Shown here: piece after piece, positions 19,575-28,924 of the stretch | How the letters are laid out: each line of letters begins with the position of its first letter | Position numbering within the stretch: the first letter of the stretch is position 1 | Assembly: GCA_041736175.1 (NCBI GenBank) | Contig: JBGSUI010000075.1 | Coordinates: forward strand, 1-64,000 | DNA: 64,000 nt | DNA from: Oligoflexales bacterium | GTDB lineage: Bacteria; Bdellovibrionota_B; Oligoflexia; Oligoflexales; CAIYRB01 | Direction: 5' to 3' | Position numbers and translations under genes: made by a program | The notes under the pieces: model-generated | Seen by the model: the letters and a program-made list of their open reading frames with translations, nothing else | Told to the model about the DNA's origin: nothing | The model's database searches: none

Positions 19575-21473
19575 TTAAGATGCCACCTTTCGAGTTATTT
19601 TCTTTGGAGAACCGAGACACTGGTCTATCTCCAAACGCAAAGCTCTTATGTTGCCAGTAAAGTGTACCGCTCCCATTTGCTGGGCTTCCCGTGGCATACC
19701 GAAAACAACACAAGAAGCTTCGTCTTGGGCGAGGGTATAGGCTCCTGACTGTTTGAGTTCTAGCAGGCCTAAGGCCCCATCTTTTCCCATGCCGGTAAGA
19801 AGTATCCCTAACGCATGGATTTTTTCCCGAGCGACCGATCTAAACAAAACATCCACAGCAGGTCGCACCGAATGTTCGGGGGGTCCATAAGATAGGTTTA
19901 ATTTCAACGCTCCCCCTGATTTTCTTACGGCGATATGATAGTCATCCACCGCCATATAGAGGTGTCCTGACAGGAGCGGCAAATCTTGTTTGGGATCAGC
20001 TAGTTTAAGCCCCGAAACCTGTGATAGACGTTGGGCAAAGGGTTTAGCAAAAGCTGGCGTAATATGCTGAACGACCAAAACGGGAGGACTATCAACGGGC
20101 ATAAGACCTAAGAGCGAGACTAATGCTTCCGTCCCCCCCGTGCTTGCACCAATAACGATTAATTCTGGAAAATACTTTTGAAACTTTTGATCTTTAGGAA
20201 CTATTGCCTGTGACACCTTTACTTGGCCACGGGAGAGGGCCTGGTTGGCGATCGCTTTCAGTCTTTCTCCTACCTGGCTGGGAGACTGTGAAAGCTCTTG
20301 TTTAAAGATATAATCCTGGGCCCCTCCAAGCAGGGCCCCTAAAACCGCTTCAGCTTCTTTAGGAGTCGCGTCGCTGATAATCACAACGGGAGTCTTAAGC
20401 CCACTCGCCCGTTGTTGTCTCAACCAACTGGCACCATCCTGGACCGGCATATTGAGGTCGAGGGAGATCAAATCGACCGACTGATGGGCAAGGTACTGAC
20501 TCGCTTGGGCAGCGGACTCCACAGATTCCACTTCGAATCCTGCCTTTTCCAGAATCGACGCGACAACTTTGCGCACCGTAGGAGAATCATCCACGACCAA
20601 TGCTCGATCGACTCGCTCCGTTTTTAACGGGAGTACCTTTGACTTTGGTTTGTAGACATAAAGACTTCTCCCCTTTGCAGTCAGTCCAAAACTCTGCCCC
20701 TCGATCGTCTCGCTATGGCCGAGAGCTAGGACTCCTCCCGTTTTAATTTGACCCAAAAGTTTATCCACAATGCCGTCGATACCTTTCTTGTTAAAGTAGA
20801 TCAGGACGTTGCGACATGTAACTCCATCGAAGGCCGACTCTTGCTTTTGATTTAAAAGAACGTCGATTTGCCGCAGATCTCCCGACAGCCACCGAATCCT
20901 CGACCTTATATCTGGGTCAAAGGTAAAGAAGCCCGCTGTCTTGCCACTGCCAATCAGCAGCAACGAACGATAGATCAGCGGTATATCATTCATACGTTCG
21001 GCACTATAAATACCCCCTTTTGCTTTAGAGACCGACACGGCATCGATATCAATACCTACAATTTTATAGTCGCCAATCTTTCCCATCCGGCGGTAACGCT
21101 CCAAGACAAGCCCCAACGAATATGGCTCTTCTCCCGTTGAGCAGGCGGCGACCAGGATGCGAATCTGAGGGAGGTTTTCCTCGCGACTTTCTAAGATCAG
21201 CTTTAAAAATGGCTCAAACTGCTCATGTTCCCTAAAAAAATTGGTGAAGTGAATCGTCAACGCCGACAGCAAATGATTGTATTCCACGTCGCTCGAAGAG
21301 ACTAGTTTTAGGTACGCCGCTAAACTTGGGTTGTTGGTCAACTGCATCCGGCGGAGCACATTTTGGATCAAAACAGACTTACGAAAGCGACCACTTTGTT
21401 GCGATCCCGTCAGCCTTTCAGCAAGCTCGTAGATGATCTCTTCTTCTTCTTTGCCTAACTGAAGAGTGCTCAT
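19575..21473 (-). CDS. CheR methyltransferase - receiver - CheB methylesterase fusion
   Basis: CheR motifs AACSTGEEPYSL, GIDID, CRNVLIYF, LGHSE; REC motifs VVDDS, SLDLNMP; CheB motifs GASTGG, VVQHI, RPAVDVLF, LTGMGKDGA. Confidence 0.93.
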   Translation of the reverse strand: MSTLQLGKEEEEIIYELAERLTGSQQSGRFRKSVLIQNVLRRMQLTNNPSLAAYLKLVSSSDVEYNHLLSALTIHFTNFFREHEQFEPFLKLILESREENLPQIRILVAACSTGEEPYSLGLVLERYRRMGKIGDYKIVGIDIDAVSVSKAKGGIYSAERMNDIPLIYRSLLLIGSGKTAGFFTFDPDIRSRIRWLSGDLRQIDVLLNQKQESAFDGVTCRNVLIYFNKKGIDGIVDKLLGQIKTGGVLALGHSETIEGQSFGLTAKGRSLYVYKPKSKVLPLKTERVDRALVVDDSPTVRKVVASILEKAGFEVESVESAAQASQYLAHQSVDLISLDLNMPVQDGASWLRQQRASGLKTPVVIISDATPKEAEAVLGALLGGAQDYIFKQELSQSPSQVGERLKAIANQALSRGQVKVSQAIVPKDQKFQKYFPELIVIGASTGGTEALVSLLGLMPVDSPPVLVVQHITPAFAKPFAQRLSQVSGLKLADPKQDLPLLSGHLYMAVDDYHIAVRKSGGALKLNLSYGPPEHSVRPAVDVLFRSVAREKIHALGILLTGMGKDGALGLLELKQSGAYTLAQDEASCVVFGMPREAQQMGAVHFTGNIRALRLEIDQCLGSPKKITRKVAS

Positions 21474-21506
21474 AAATATTTCAACCCATAAATTTTCAGC
21501 GTTATT

Positions 21507-23708
21507 TTAAGCACTTTTTCTAAAGGAATCATCATCTGCATTAAAATCTGAGCTGTTGTGACCTGTATCTGCCATATTTGGGTCCTTGCTAAGAGAGATT
21601 TCTTGGTTGGATGGCTCTGTAAATCGTTGCGCGAGCTTGCTACTTAGCTCCCTGAGGACGCCCACCCCCTCGGTGCGACGACCCGGGTGCTCCTGAGAGC
21701 CTTCCTCTTGATCCTTCTGATTGCCGGGTTCAATTCCTATGATCTTTTCTATGATATCTTGGCTTTTCTGCGCAGTGGGTTTTTCATTGCCCACGACCAA
21801 AGTCCGTAAGGCTCGCATGATCTTATAATTTCGTTCGCTCACCGAAGCTAAAATCTTGACAAGTTCGTTGGCTTCACCTGCAATCGCACTATTTCGTTGG
21901 GTGGTTTGGTCCATTTGATTCATGGCGACCGTGATTTGAGATATTCCCAGCTCTTGTTCTTTAGTGGCTTGACCGACCCCTTGGAGGCGTTCATTGATGG
22001 CTCGGACTCCCGATGCGATTTCTGAAAAAGCCCCTAATGCCTCACTGGCTACGGTTTGGCTCTCCGTCGTCCGTGACTGGGTCACTTCGATAATCTGCTG
22101 CACTGCTTTATGGCTGTCGGCGATCAGGAGCTGAATTTCTTTAGCGGCAGTCCCGCTCATTTGCGCCAAATTTCCAACCTCTTCTGCAACCACACTAAAA
22201 CCCTTGCCATGCTGTCCAGCTCTCGCTGCCTCAATCGAGGCATTGATGGAAAGAAGTTGGGTTTTGAAGACGATATCGTTGATGACCGTGGTTTTAGCAC
22301 TGACCTCACTGATGATATTGGCAATGCTCTGCAGTTGGTGATTGGAGTTGCTGACTCCCTCCATGGCTGATGCCAGCCGACTCATAATAAGATTGCCATG
22401 CTCGCTTTTACTACTAACTTTGGCGGCGATATCCGTACACTCTCTCAGGTTCTGGTTGGTCTGGCTTATCATACTTGAGATTTCTGCCATAGAGCTTACC
22501 GTCTCTTGGACCGCAGCAGATTGCTCTCCACTTGCCTCGGCCACCGATCGAGAAGAATCAGCCAAACGGCCAGCCATTTTGCTGGTATGTTCTGCGGTTT
22601 CCTTGAGTTTTTCTGATACAAGGCTAAACTTGCGGGATAAACTAGAAGCAAAAATATAGCTCGCTATCCCAAAAAACAACGTGCTACCGATACTGAACCA
22701 TATGAGAAGTTGTTTGTTTTTTTCTAAATTCGTAAAGACCTCCGAAGTGGACGCCGTTACCAAGATCCCCCATCCCAGTCCTTGGATAAATTTCTTACTA
22801 TTGACTGGCTGGTAGGCGATTATTTGTTCGAGGTTTTTCACATTGTTCATAACGATTTCTCGGCCCGTCCTGGATTCAGACACTTCCCGCGCTCCGGGAT
22901 AACCTTTGTCGATAAGGTTTAACTTCGTGAGAATATTAAAATCCCGAACGACAGACTCACCATCGACACTGGGGTTGTAGTCTAAAAACACGACTCCTTG
23001 TTTGTTCAATATCAGTATTTCCACAGATTTAAATCCATTTGATTGGGCATTGTCATAGGTGCTTTTGAGCTCGTTTTCGATCCAATGGGCATTCGCTCTG
23101 GCGACTAAAACTCCTAGTTCTTTGCCGTCTGGACCCACCACGCGGGTAGAAAAGCTATTCCCGTACATTTTTTTGCCATAGGCCATGCTACTCAGTGGGT
23201 CGATTTGGAGATCCTCAACATAGGTGTTAGAAAACCCCTTTTCTTTGTCTTCGGTAAAATTCCCCATATGTGCCGAGCGAAACCAATCTTTTTCTGCATA
23301 ATTCACCTGGGCCAAGGCCTCCCAATCTATTTTAGCCCCTGAGACGGCCTGGGTGTTGCTGGCAATAAACTTTCCTTGGGGATCAACATAAACGATAAGA
23401 TCATAGATGCCATACAGGCTAACGTACTTATTGAGTGTTTGAGAGATCGCTTGGGCGTCGTTGGTATTAAAGAGGGTCGGGTTGAGCGCAAAAGCTTGGA
23501 CATCTCCATATCTCTCAAAAAACTGAGCGCTGATGGATTCATTGACCTGGTTGGCTAGACTGCTAAACAACCTAAGGGTTTCGTTTTTGCGTGAATTAAA
23601 CTCCCCCAGCATCTTTATGCTATCGATCATTGCAGAAACCAACACAATGGTACAGGCGGCAACCACAATTTTAGTTTTGATAGACACTCTTAGGTGATTC
23701 TTAGACAT
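21507..23708 (-). CDS. Methyl-accepting chemotaxis protein with Cache-type periplasmic domain
   Basis: Two TMs; signalling tip IVFKTQLLSINASIEAARAGQHGKGFSVVAEEVGNLA. Confidence 0.96.
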   Translation of the reverse strand: MSKNHLRVSIKTKIVVAACTIVLVSAMIDSIKMLGEFNSRKNETLRLFSSLANQVNESISAQFFERYGDVQAFALNPTLFNTNDAQAISQTLNKYVSLYGIYDLIVYVDPQGKFIASNTQAVSGAKIDWEALAQVNYAEKDWFRSAHMGNFTEDKEKGFSNTYVEDLQIDPLSSMAYGKKMYGNSFSTRVVGPDGKELGVLVARANAHWIENELKSTYDNAQSNGFKSVEILILNKQGVVFLDYNPSVDGESVVRDFNILTKLNLIDKGYPGAREVSESRTGREIVMNNVKNLEQIIAYQPVNSKKFIQGLGWGILVTASTSEVFTNLEKNKQLLIWFSIGSTLFFGIASYIFASSLSRKFSLVSEKLKETAEHTSKMAGRLADSSRSVAEASGEQSAAVQETVSSMAEISSMISQTNQNLRECTDIAAKVSSKSEHGNLIMSRLASAMEGVSNSNHQLQSIANIISEVSAKTTVINDIVFKTQLLSINASIEAARAGQHGKGFSVVAEEVGNLAQMSGTAAKEIQLLIADSHKAVQQIIEVTQSRTTESQTVASEALGAFSEIASGVRAINERLQGVGQATKEQELGISQITVAMNQMDQTTQRNSAIAGEANELVKILASVSERNYKIMRALRTLVVGNEKPTAQKSQDIIEKIIGIEPGNQKDQEEGSQEHPGRRTEGVGVLRELSSKLAQRFTEPSNQEISLSKDPNMADTGHNSSDFNADDDSFRKSA

Positions 23709-23757
23709 TATTTTTGCTCCTTAGGTCAAACGTCTTTTCCACACATAAATTTATATT

Positions 23758-24273
23758 TTAAGCTGCTTTCTTTGTGACATTCCTGATATTTGTCACCTCC
23801 TCTTTTTCCAGAACCTCTTTGAGATCGATCAGCGTCACCAAGTGGTCTCTAAATTTCCCAACACCCAAGATATATTTGATTGGAATCCTAGATTCGATTC
23901 TCGGTTTGGTATCGATTTCCTGATGATTGATCTTGGCTACTCCCTCTAGTGAGTCTGCAACAGCTCCCAGGGCGCCCTCTTCGGTACCAAAAACCATCAT
24001 AGCTAAGGTCTTCGATTCGGTTTGGGAATAACCTAGCCTCACCCTTAAATCGATAACACCGACGATTTCTCCGCGAATATTAATAACACCAAGAAAAGAA
24101 TTGACAGTCTGTGGAATCGGTTTGACCTTTTGAAATTCGCATACTTCTCTCACTGCCATAAGAGGAGTTCCGTAAAGCTCTCCCCCCAACCTAAACAGTA
24201 AATATTTGTTCTGGTCTTGGTCTTGATCTTCTTGGGTTGGTTGGTAATTCGTATGGGTTGCATTCATAATCAA
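23758..24273 (-). CDS. cheW: Chemotaxis coupling protein CheW
   Basis: YLLFRLGGELYG, IPQTVNSFLGVINIRGEIVGVIDLR. Confidence 0.95.
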   Translation of the reverse strand: MIMNATHTNYQPTQEDQDQDQNKYLLFRLGGELYGTPLMAVREVCEFQKVKPIPQTVNSFLGVINIRGEIVGVIDLRVRLGYSQTESKTLAMMVFGTEEGALGAVADSLEGVAKINHQEIDTKPRIESRIPIKYILGVGKFRDHLVTLIDLKEVLEKEEVTNIRNVTKKAA

Positions 24274-26012
24274 TGAACCTCTTTATCGCTAAGATATTGC
24301 CGTGCAAAAACTTTGGGACTCAAAATCACCGCAGGTTCTCCAGTCGCTAGGATTGTACTGCCCGAAAAACCCGGGATTCCTGCGATATACCCCGCGAGCT
24401 TGCGGATTAAAATAGGTTGCTGACCAACCACTTGCTCGAATTCAAAGCCTACCTTTTCACCTGAAATATCAATGATCATTGCTGGACTAGGTACGGTCTG
24501 CTGAGCTTCTTTGTGGTGGGACTTGGTTTGTAAAGATGTGTGAGGTTTTGTATCCGGAATAAAAGCCTGCAAGGGACAAATAGTGACCGCCTTTTCACGC
24601 AACGCGATGGTCTTTCCCCTCTGGGTCTGACTCTCGATACTATAGCTTCGTAAGTCGATGACTTCCGCTACCTCCTGAATGGGTACGACATAGTGCTGCC
24701 CAGATGCCAAAACCACGAGCGAGTCGATGATGCTCACATTGGTGGGGAGTACGATGGTAAATTTGGTGCCATGGCCTAATTCACTCTGGATTTCCAAGGT
24801 CCCCTCTAGCTCATCAACCATACGCCTTACAACGTCTAAGCCGACTCCTCGCCCTGAAATATCCGTCAATTTTTCGGCAGTCGAAAACCCTGGAGCAAAT
24901 AAGAACTCATATATTTTCTTAAGAGGAATTTGCTCCCCTTCTTTGGCGAGTCCCAATGAGACCGCCTTTTTAATGACTTTTTCGGGATTGATGCCTCGAC
25001 CATCATCTGCCAGCTCAATCTGGACCCCCGAGGCAGACTTGGAGGCGGTTAAGGTGATCGTCGCTCCAGCAGGTTTTTGGGAGGGCCTTGATCCCTTGGG
25101 CTCGATGCCATGATCCACCGCATTGCGTACCATATGGACTAAGGGATCTGTCATCCTATCGATCACCGATTTATCCATTTCGACCTCAGCTCCCTGGACG
25201 ATAATGGTGATGTTTTTGCCTTGTTCTTGGGCTACATCGTATGCCACTCTTTCGAGACGTTGAAAGAGTCGGCTGAGGTCCACCAATCTTAGAGCCATCG
25301 TCTGTAGCTGCAGCTCTCGGGTTAGTTTTGTAGCAAACTGGATCGCATTGGTGCAGATTCGCTCAGACATGCGGTTGGTTTTCAGACAGTGATTGATGGT
25401 CGCTTGCTGAGTCGATAACTCTCCTATGATTTGCATTAGGACATCGATCTTTTGTGCCGGCACTCTGATAGATTCTTGGGACTGGGAAGGGACTTTTGCT
25501 TTTTCCGCTTTAGCCGGGGTTGCTTTAACCTCCAAACTAGTCTGATTGTCATCGAAGACTCCAAAAGCTTGCTCGACCCTTGCGGCGCCCGTTGATCGAT
25601 CCTTTAGTTCGGTTAATATCTGTTTATATTTATCCACAAATTCTGGTTCAGGAGCACCCAGATTTCCAAGGAGAATTTGCCGCCATTGCAACAATATATT
25701 TTGCGCTCCTAGTAGGATTGAAATCCCTTCGGCATTCGCCAATTCATGTCTATCTCGCATAAGATTGATCATGTCCTCAGCGAGGTGAATAAATTTTGCA
25801 TACCCATCTAAACCCACAGATCGAGCGCTGCCTTTAAGATTGTGAGCTGAGCGAAAGAGTGCGTCGAGAGATTGGCTGCTGACTTCTTTTTGAATGGCTA
25901 GGCAATGGCGCTCCCAATCAGCAAGAACATCAGATGCTTCCTCTAAAAACACGGCTACAAACTGGTCGTCAAGTTTGTTTGGCACGGCGCTCAATCTCCC
26001 TGAGTGGTCCAA
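24270..26012 (-). CDS. cheA: Chemotaxis histidine kinase CheA (no evident P2 domain; start possibly GTG 25985)
   Basis: HPt FRSAHNLKGSA, HMVRNAVDHGIE, DDGRG, FAPGFST, SGRGVGLDVV, C-terminal CheW-like domain. Confidence 0.96.
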   Translation of the reverse strand: MDHSGRLSAVPNKLDDQFVAVFLEEASDVLADWERHCLAIQKEVSSQSLDALFRSAHNLKGSARSVGLDGYAKFIHLAEDMINLMRDRHELANAEGISILLGAQNILLQWRQILLGNLGAPEPEFVDKYKQILTELKDRSTGAARVEQAFGVFDDNQTSLEVKATPAKAEKAKVPSQSQESIRVPAQKIDVLMQIIGELSTQQATINHCLKTNRMSERICTNAIQFATKLTRELQLQTMALRLVDLSRLFQRLERVAYDVAQEQGKNITIIVQGAEVEMDKSVIDRMTDPLVHMVRNAVDHGIEPKGSRPSQKPAGATITLTASKSASGVQIELADDGRGINPEKVIKKAVSLGLAKEGEQIPLKKIYEFLFAPGFSTAEKLTDISGRGVGLDVVRRMVDELEGTLEIQSELGHGTKFTIVLPTNVSIIDSLVVLASGQHYVVPIQEVAEVIDLRSYSIESQTQRGKTIALREKAVTICPLQAFIPDTKPHTSLQTKSHHKEAQQTVPSPAMIIDISGEKVGFEFEQVVGQQPILIRKLAGYIAGIPGFSGSTILATGEPAVILSPKVFARQYLSDKEVH

Positions 26013-26035
26013 GGTCTAAACCCATCACCATAATG

Positions 26036-26062
26036 GAATCGGCATTTTTTTTTAAAAATGTA
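26036..26062 (-). promoter_or_regulatory. Putative sigma28 promoter of the che operon
   Basis: Minus strand TACA-N15-GCCGATTC. Confidence 0.65.
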
Positions 26063-26197
26063 AGCTTTCGGTCTTTACTATGGAAATTATTTCTTGGACC
26101 CATTTTGAATCCCAGGAATCTATAAAACTGTAGCCAAACAATCTGAAGACTCTTTTTCTTATTTATTGCGATGATCTAAAATCATTGATTCCAATCA

Positions 26198-27715
26198 TCA
26201 TTGGACATCACTGACTATGATACGAGGACCAGATCCTTGCTCGGCCCGTACAAATCCTGATACATATAGAGACGCTGCCTTGGCCTCGATCTTTGCTCCC
26301 CAAACCCCTTTAAAAAACATAATAGTCACTGTCCCTTGAGGACCGCTACACGGTACGGTGCAGGAACCATCGCAGGAGCTTATGGCTACTTTCGAGCACG
26401 CCAGGGGGCCGTACCGTTGAGCCGTCATTCCGTCAGCCAAAACCGTCGGTTTTGGCACTGGTGCAGGCACCGGCTTTGGCACTGGTGCAGGTACTGATAT
26501 CGGTGCTGGAGTGGCTGGGGTAACAGGCTTAGGAGTCGCTGGCTGAGGAGTCGAGATGACCACAGATGAGGGCGGGGGTTCAGGGGGCTTGGGTTTGGTT
26601 CTTTCTGCTTCCCTTTTGGCTTCTTCTCTTTTGGCTTCTTCTCTTTTGGTTTCTTCTCTTGCCTTAATTTTGGCGAGTAATTTGGTTTTGCGCTCCTGCT
26701 CTTTTTGACTTGCGAGGAGCTTTTCCCTGATGATTTTATCTCTTATGGTTTGGGCAGAATCTCGTGTTGAGCCCAACGCGCGCAAGGGGTCAGGGGACCG
26801 CGTGTTGTCCTGCTTGGGAGAAATCGGGGGATTTGTAGCTTTTCGAACTCTTTCGATGGGCTGCTTGCTTGGGATTTTTGTTGCTTTTTTGTCTGTGATC
26901 CGTGGTCCAGTTTTTGGGTTGACACTAGTTTGATGAACGACGCTAAAAGCAATGACTAAGATAGCTGCGATAAACATAATCATAGCCAGCAAAGCAAGAA
27001 AGACCGCCCTGTCTTTGGCGATACGCTCTTCGGCACGGGCCAGCTTCGCTAGCTCCGAAGTCGGTTGGTGTTGGCGCCGATTATCACTTTGGCTCCGAAG
27101 TTTAGAATCTTGATGACTGCTATAAATTCGCATAAAGCGGGCAAGGGGCACCTCGCCCTTGGGCTTTTTTAGGTCAAGGCCCATACGGACTACCTTTATT
27201 CCGCTAGGAAAACTCTTACCAAGAAACATAGCCGCGATTTCAGAAGCACTATAGGGTCCATCCCATCGCTTTTTTTGTCCGCCTTTAAGATAAAACTGTT
27301 TAGGGCGGTTCCCTTTAGCCTCTTGTGCGTAAGGAAGTTTTTGTGCAGCTGCAGGTTGCCCATCGGTTTTTTCGAGAGGTGCCGCAAGATGGAGCTGGCC
27401 CTGCCCTGCAAAACCGGAGTTTGTGGAAAATTTCAGATTGCTTTCATGTGAAACACCGTCTTCACTCAAACTCAAAAGGGAGTGTCCCCCTGGGTCGCTA
27501 TCGTCCGGAACTGCATTTTCGTCCTGGCGAGACAAGGTGACTTCGTCAAAGATCTCATCCACCTCCACCAGAGGTCGGCGGACAGTCGACCCTTCTCGAG
27601 CGACCAGATCAAACGGGTCAAGGGTTCCGTCGCGCAGGGCTTCCCGTATTTCGGCACTGTTTAGGGGGCCGAATGGATCTAGAGAGTCTTTAAAGATGTA
27701 CCAGAGGGCACTCAG
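26198..27715 (-). CDS. Bitopic membrane protein with two GYF_2-like domains, Pro-rich stalk and Cys-rich C-terminal domain; probable CTG start
   Basis: Frame is open upstream of GTG 27568 and encodes WYIFKDSLDPFGPLNSAEIREALRDGTLDPFDLV. AAAGGA lies 8 nt before CTG 27715. Second motif FYLKGGQKKRWDGPYSASEIAAMF; one TM. Confidence 0.75.
   Translation of the reverse strand: MSALWYIFKDSLDPFGPLNSAEIREALRDGTLDPFDLVAREGSTVRRPLVEVDEIFDEVTLSRQDENAVPDDSDPGGHSLLSLSEDGVSHESNLKFSTNSGFAGQGQLHLAAPLEKTDGQPAAAQKLPYAQEAKGNRPKQFYLKGGQKKRWDGPYSASEIAAMFLGKSFPSGIKVVRMGLDLKKPKGEVPLARFMRIYSSHQDSKLRSQSDNRRQHQPTSELAKLARAEERIAKDRAVFLALLAMIMFIAAILVIAFSVVHQTSVNPKTGPRITDKKATKIPSKQPIERVRKATNPPISPKQDNTRSPDPLRALGSTRDSAQTIRDKIIREKLLASQKEQERKTKLLAKIKAREETKREEAKREEAKREAERTKPKPPEPPPSSVVISTPQPATPKPVTPATPAPISVPAPVPKPVPAPVPKPTVLADGMTAQRYGPLACSKVAISSCDGSCTVPCSGPQGTVTIMFFKGVWGAKIEAKAASLYVSGFVRAEQGSGPRIIVSDVQ
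26451..26491. repeat. Intragenic direct repeat with 24-nt period (VPAPVPKP x2)
   Basis: TTTGGCACTGGTGCAGG at 26451 and 26475. Confidence 0.85.
26613..26660. repeat. Intragenic 15-nt tandem repeat, about 3 copies (REE[T/A]K)
   Basis: CTTTTGGYTTCTTCT at 26613, 26628 and 26643. Confidence 0.9.
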
Positions 27716-27771
27716 GCTAACTATCCTTTCGTCGAAAGAGAAAAGTCGCTAAAGGGATTCATACTCGGTGC

Positions 27772-27799
27772 CTATCGGTATAAAACCATAAAAAATTCA
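27772..27799 (-). promoter_or_regulatory. Possible sigma28 promoter of the GYF-domain gene
   Basis: Minus strand TGAA-N16-ACCGATAG. Confidence 0.45.
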
Positions 27800-27912
27800 G
27801 GGGCCTGCTTCTGGGGTCGAAAACTTTGAGGGTTCCACAAAAAAACGTCCTTGGCAAAGCAAGTTCCATTGTGTAACCTCGCACGCCGGCTCTTAGGAGT
27901 CGATATTTGGCA

Positions 27913-28044
27913 GATGGCCCAGTAGAAGGTGCGTCCCCCTAAGCTGCAGTTTTTGATCAACAAAGCGATGATATTGCGTTTTTTCTAAATAAGCAGCAAG
28001 GAGAGGGCGTGGAGTTCTGGGCTGTCGAGGATAAACCTTCTCGA
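27913..28044 (+). ncRNA. Structured rpsB 5' leader (putative S2 autoregulatory element)
   Basis: Nested stems GATGGCCCAG(27913)/CTGGGCTGTC(28017), GCGTCC/GGGCGT and GCTGC/GCAGC with G-U pairs; CGTGGAG resembles known rpsB leaders. Confidence 0.55.
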
Positions 28045-28061
28045 ATGAATTGGAGTGTTTT

Positions 28062-28880
28062 ATGAGCGTTCAAATCAACATGAAAGACATGTTAGAAGCC
28101 GGTGCCCACTATGGTCACCAGGCCCGTCGATGGAATCCCAAAATGAAGCCCTATATCTTTGGGGAACGAAACGGGATTCACATTATCGATCTGCAAAAAA
28201 CCCAGAAGCTCTTTAAAAAAGCCGCTGAGTTTATCGAAAAAACAACGGCTAAAGGCGGACATGTTCTCTTTGTCGGCACCAAAAGAATGGCACGGGATCT
28301 CGTCGCCGAAGAAGCCGCACGGTCTGGCCAGTACTATATCAACTACCGCTGGCTCGGAGGAACCCTCACCAATCTTATCACAATTCGTCAGTCGATTCAT
28401 AGACTTAAAAGAATCGAGAAGATGGAACAAGAAGGGACTTTCGAAAAGCTGACGAAAAAAGAAGTTTTGGGACTCCGTCGGGAGCATGAAAAACTGGTCC
28501 GTAACCTAGGCGGTGTTAAAGACATGCCAGGTCTGCCTGCAGCCCTCTTTATCGTCGACGCCCATAAGGAGCAGATTGCGGTACAGGAAGCCATGCGTTT
28601 AGGAATCCCCATCGTGGCTATCACTGATACCAATGCAGACCCCCATGGCATTGACTACATGATTCCTGGAAACGACGACAGCCTTAAGTCGATCCAGCTT
28701 TTTGTAAGCACCATCGCTGATGCCTGTATTGCAGGCAAAGCTCGTGGTCGCGACAAGAGAGATGACGAGGGCGGCCGTGGCCACGGAGTGGAAACCGGTA
28801 AATTCTTTGATGACCAAGGGCATTCGGTTTCTGTGGAAAAAGCCAAACGCTTTGAATCCACCGAAGAAGAATCCAACTAA
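28062..28880 (+). CDS. rpsB: 30S ribosomal protein S2
   Basis: [46 protein letters not shown] before ATG 28062. Confidence 0.98.
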   Translation: MSVQINMKDMLEAGAHYGHQARRWNPKMKPYIFGERNGIHIIDLQKTQKLFKKAAEFIEKTTAKGGHVLFVGTKRMARDLVAEEAARSGQYYINYRWLGGTLTNLITIRQSIHRLKRIEKMEQEGTFEKLTKKEVLGLRREHEKLVRNLGGVKDMPGLPAALFIVDAHKEQIAVQEAMRLGIPIVAITDTNADPHGIDYMIPGNDDSLKSIQLFVSTIADACIAGKARGRDKRDDEGGRGHGVETGKFFDDQGHSVSVEKAKRFESTEEESN

Positions 28881-28924
28881 GTGGCAATTTCCCATTCTAT
28901 TTTGATAGGCAAGGAGAAGACAAA

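Noticed and set aside
26451..26660. Short direct repeats as a possible CRISPR or mobile-element signature
   Set aside because: In-frame coding repeats with no spacers and no cas genes.
27913..28026. SRP or 6S RNA
   Set aside because: AAGCAGC is present but the SRP CAGG-GNRA helix is not; too short for 6S; position fits an rpsB leader.
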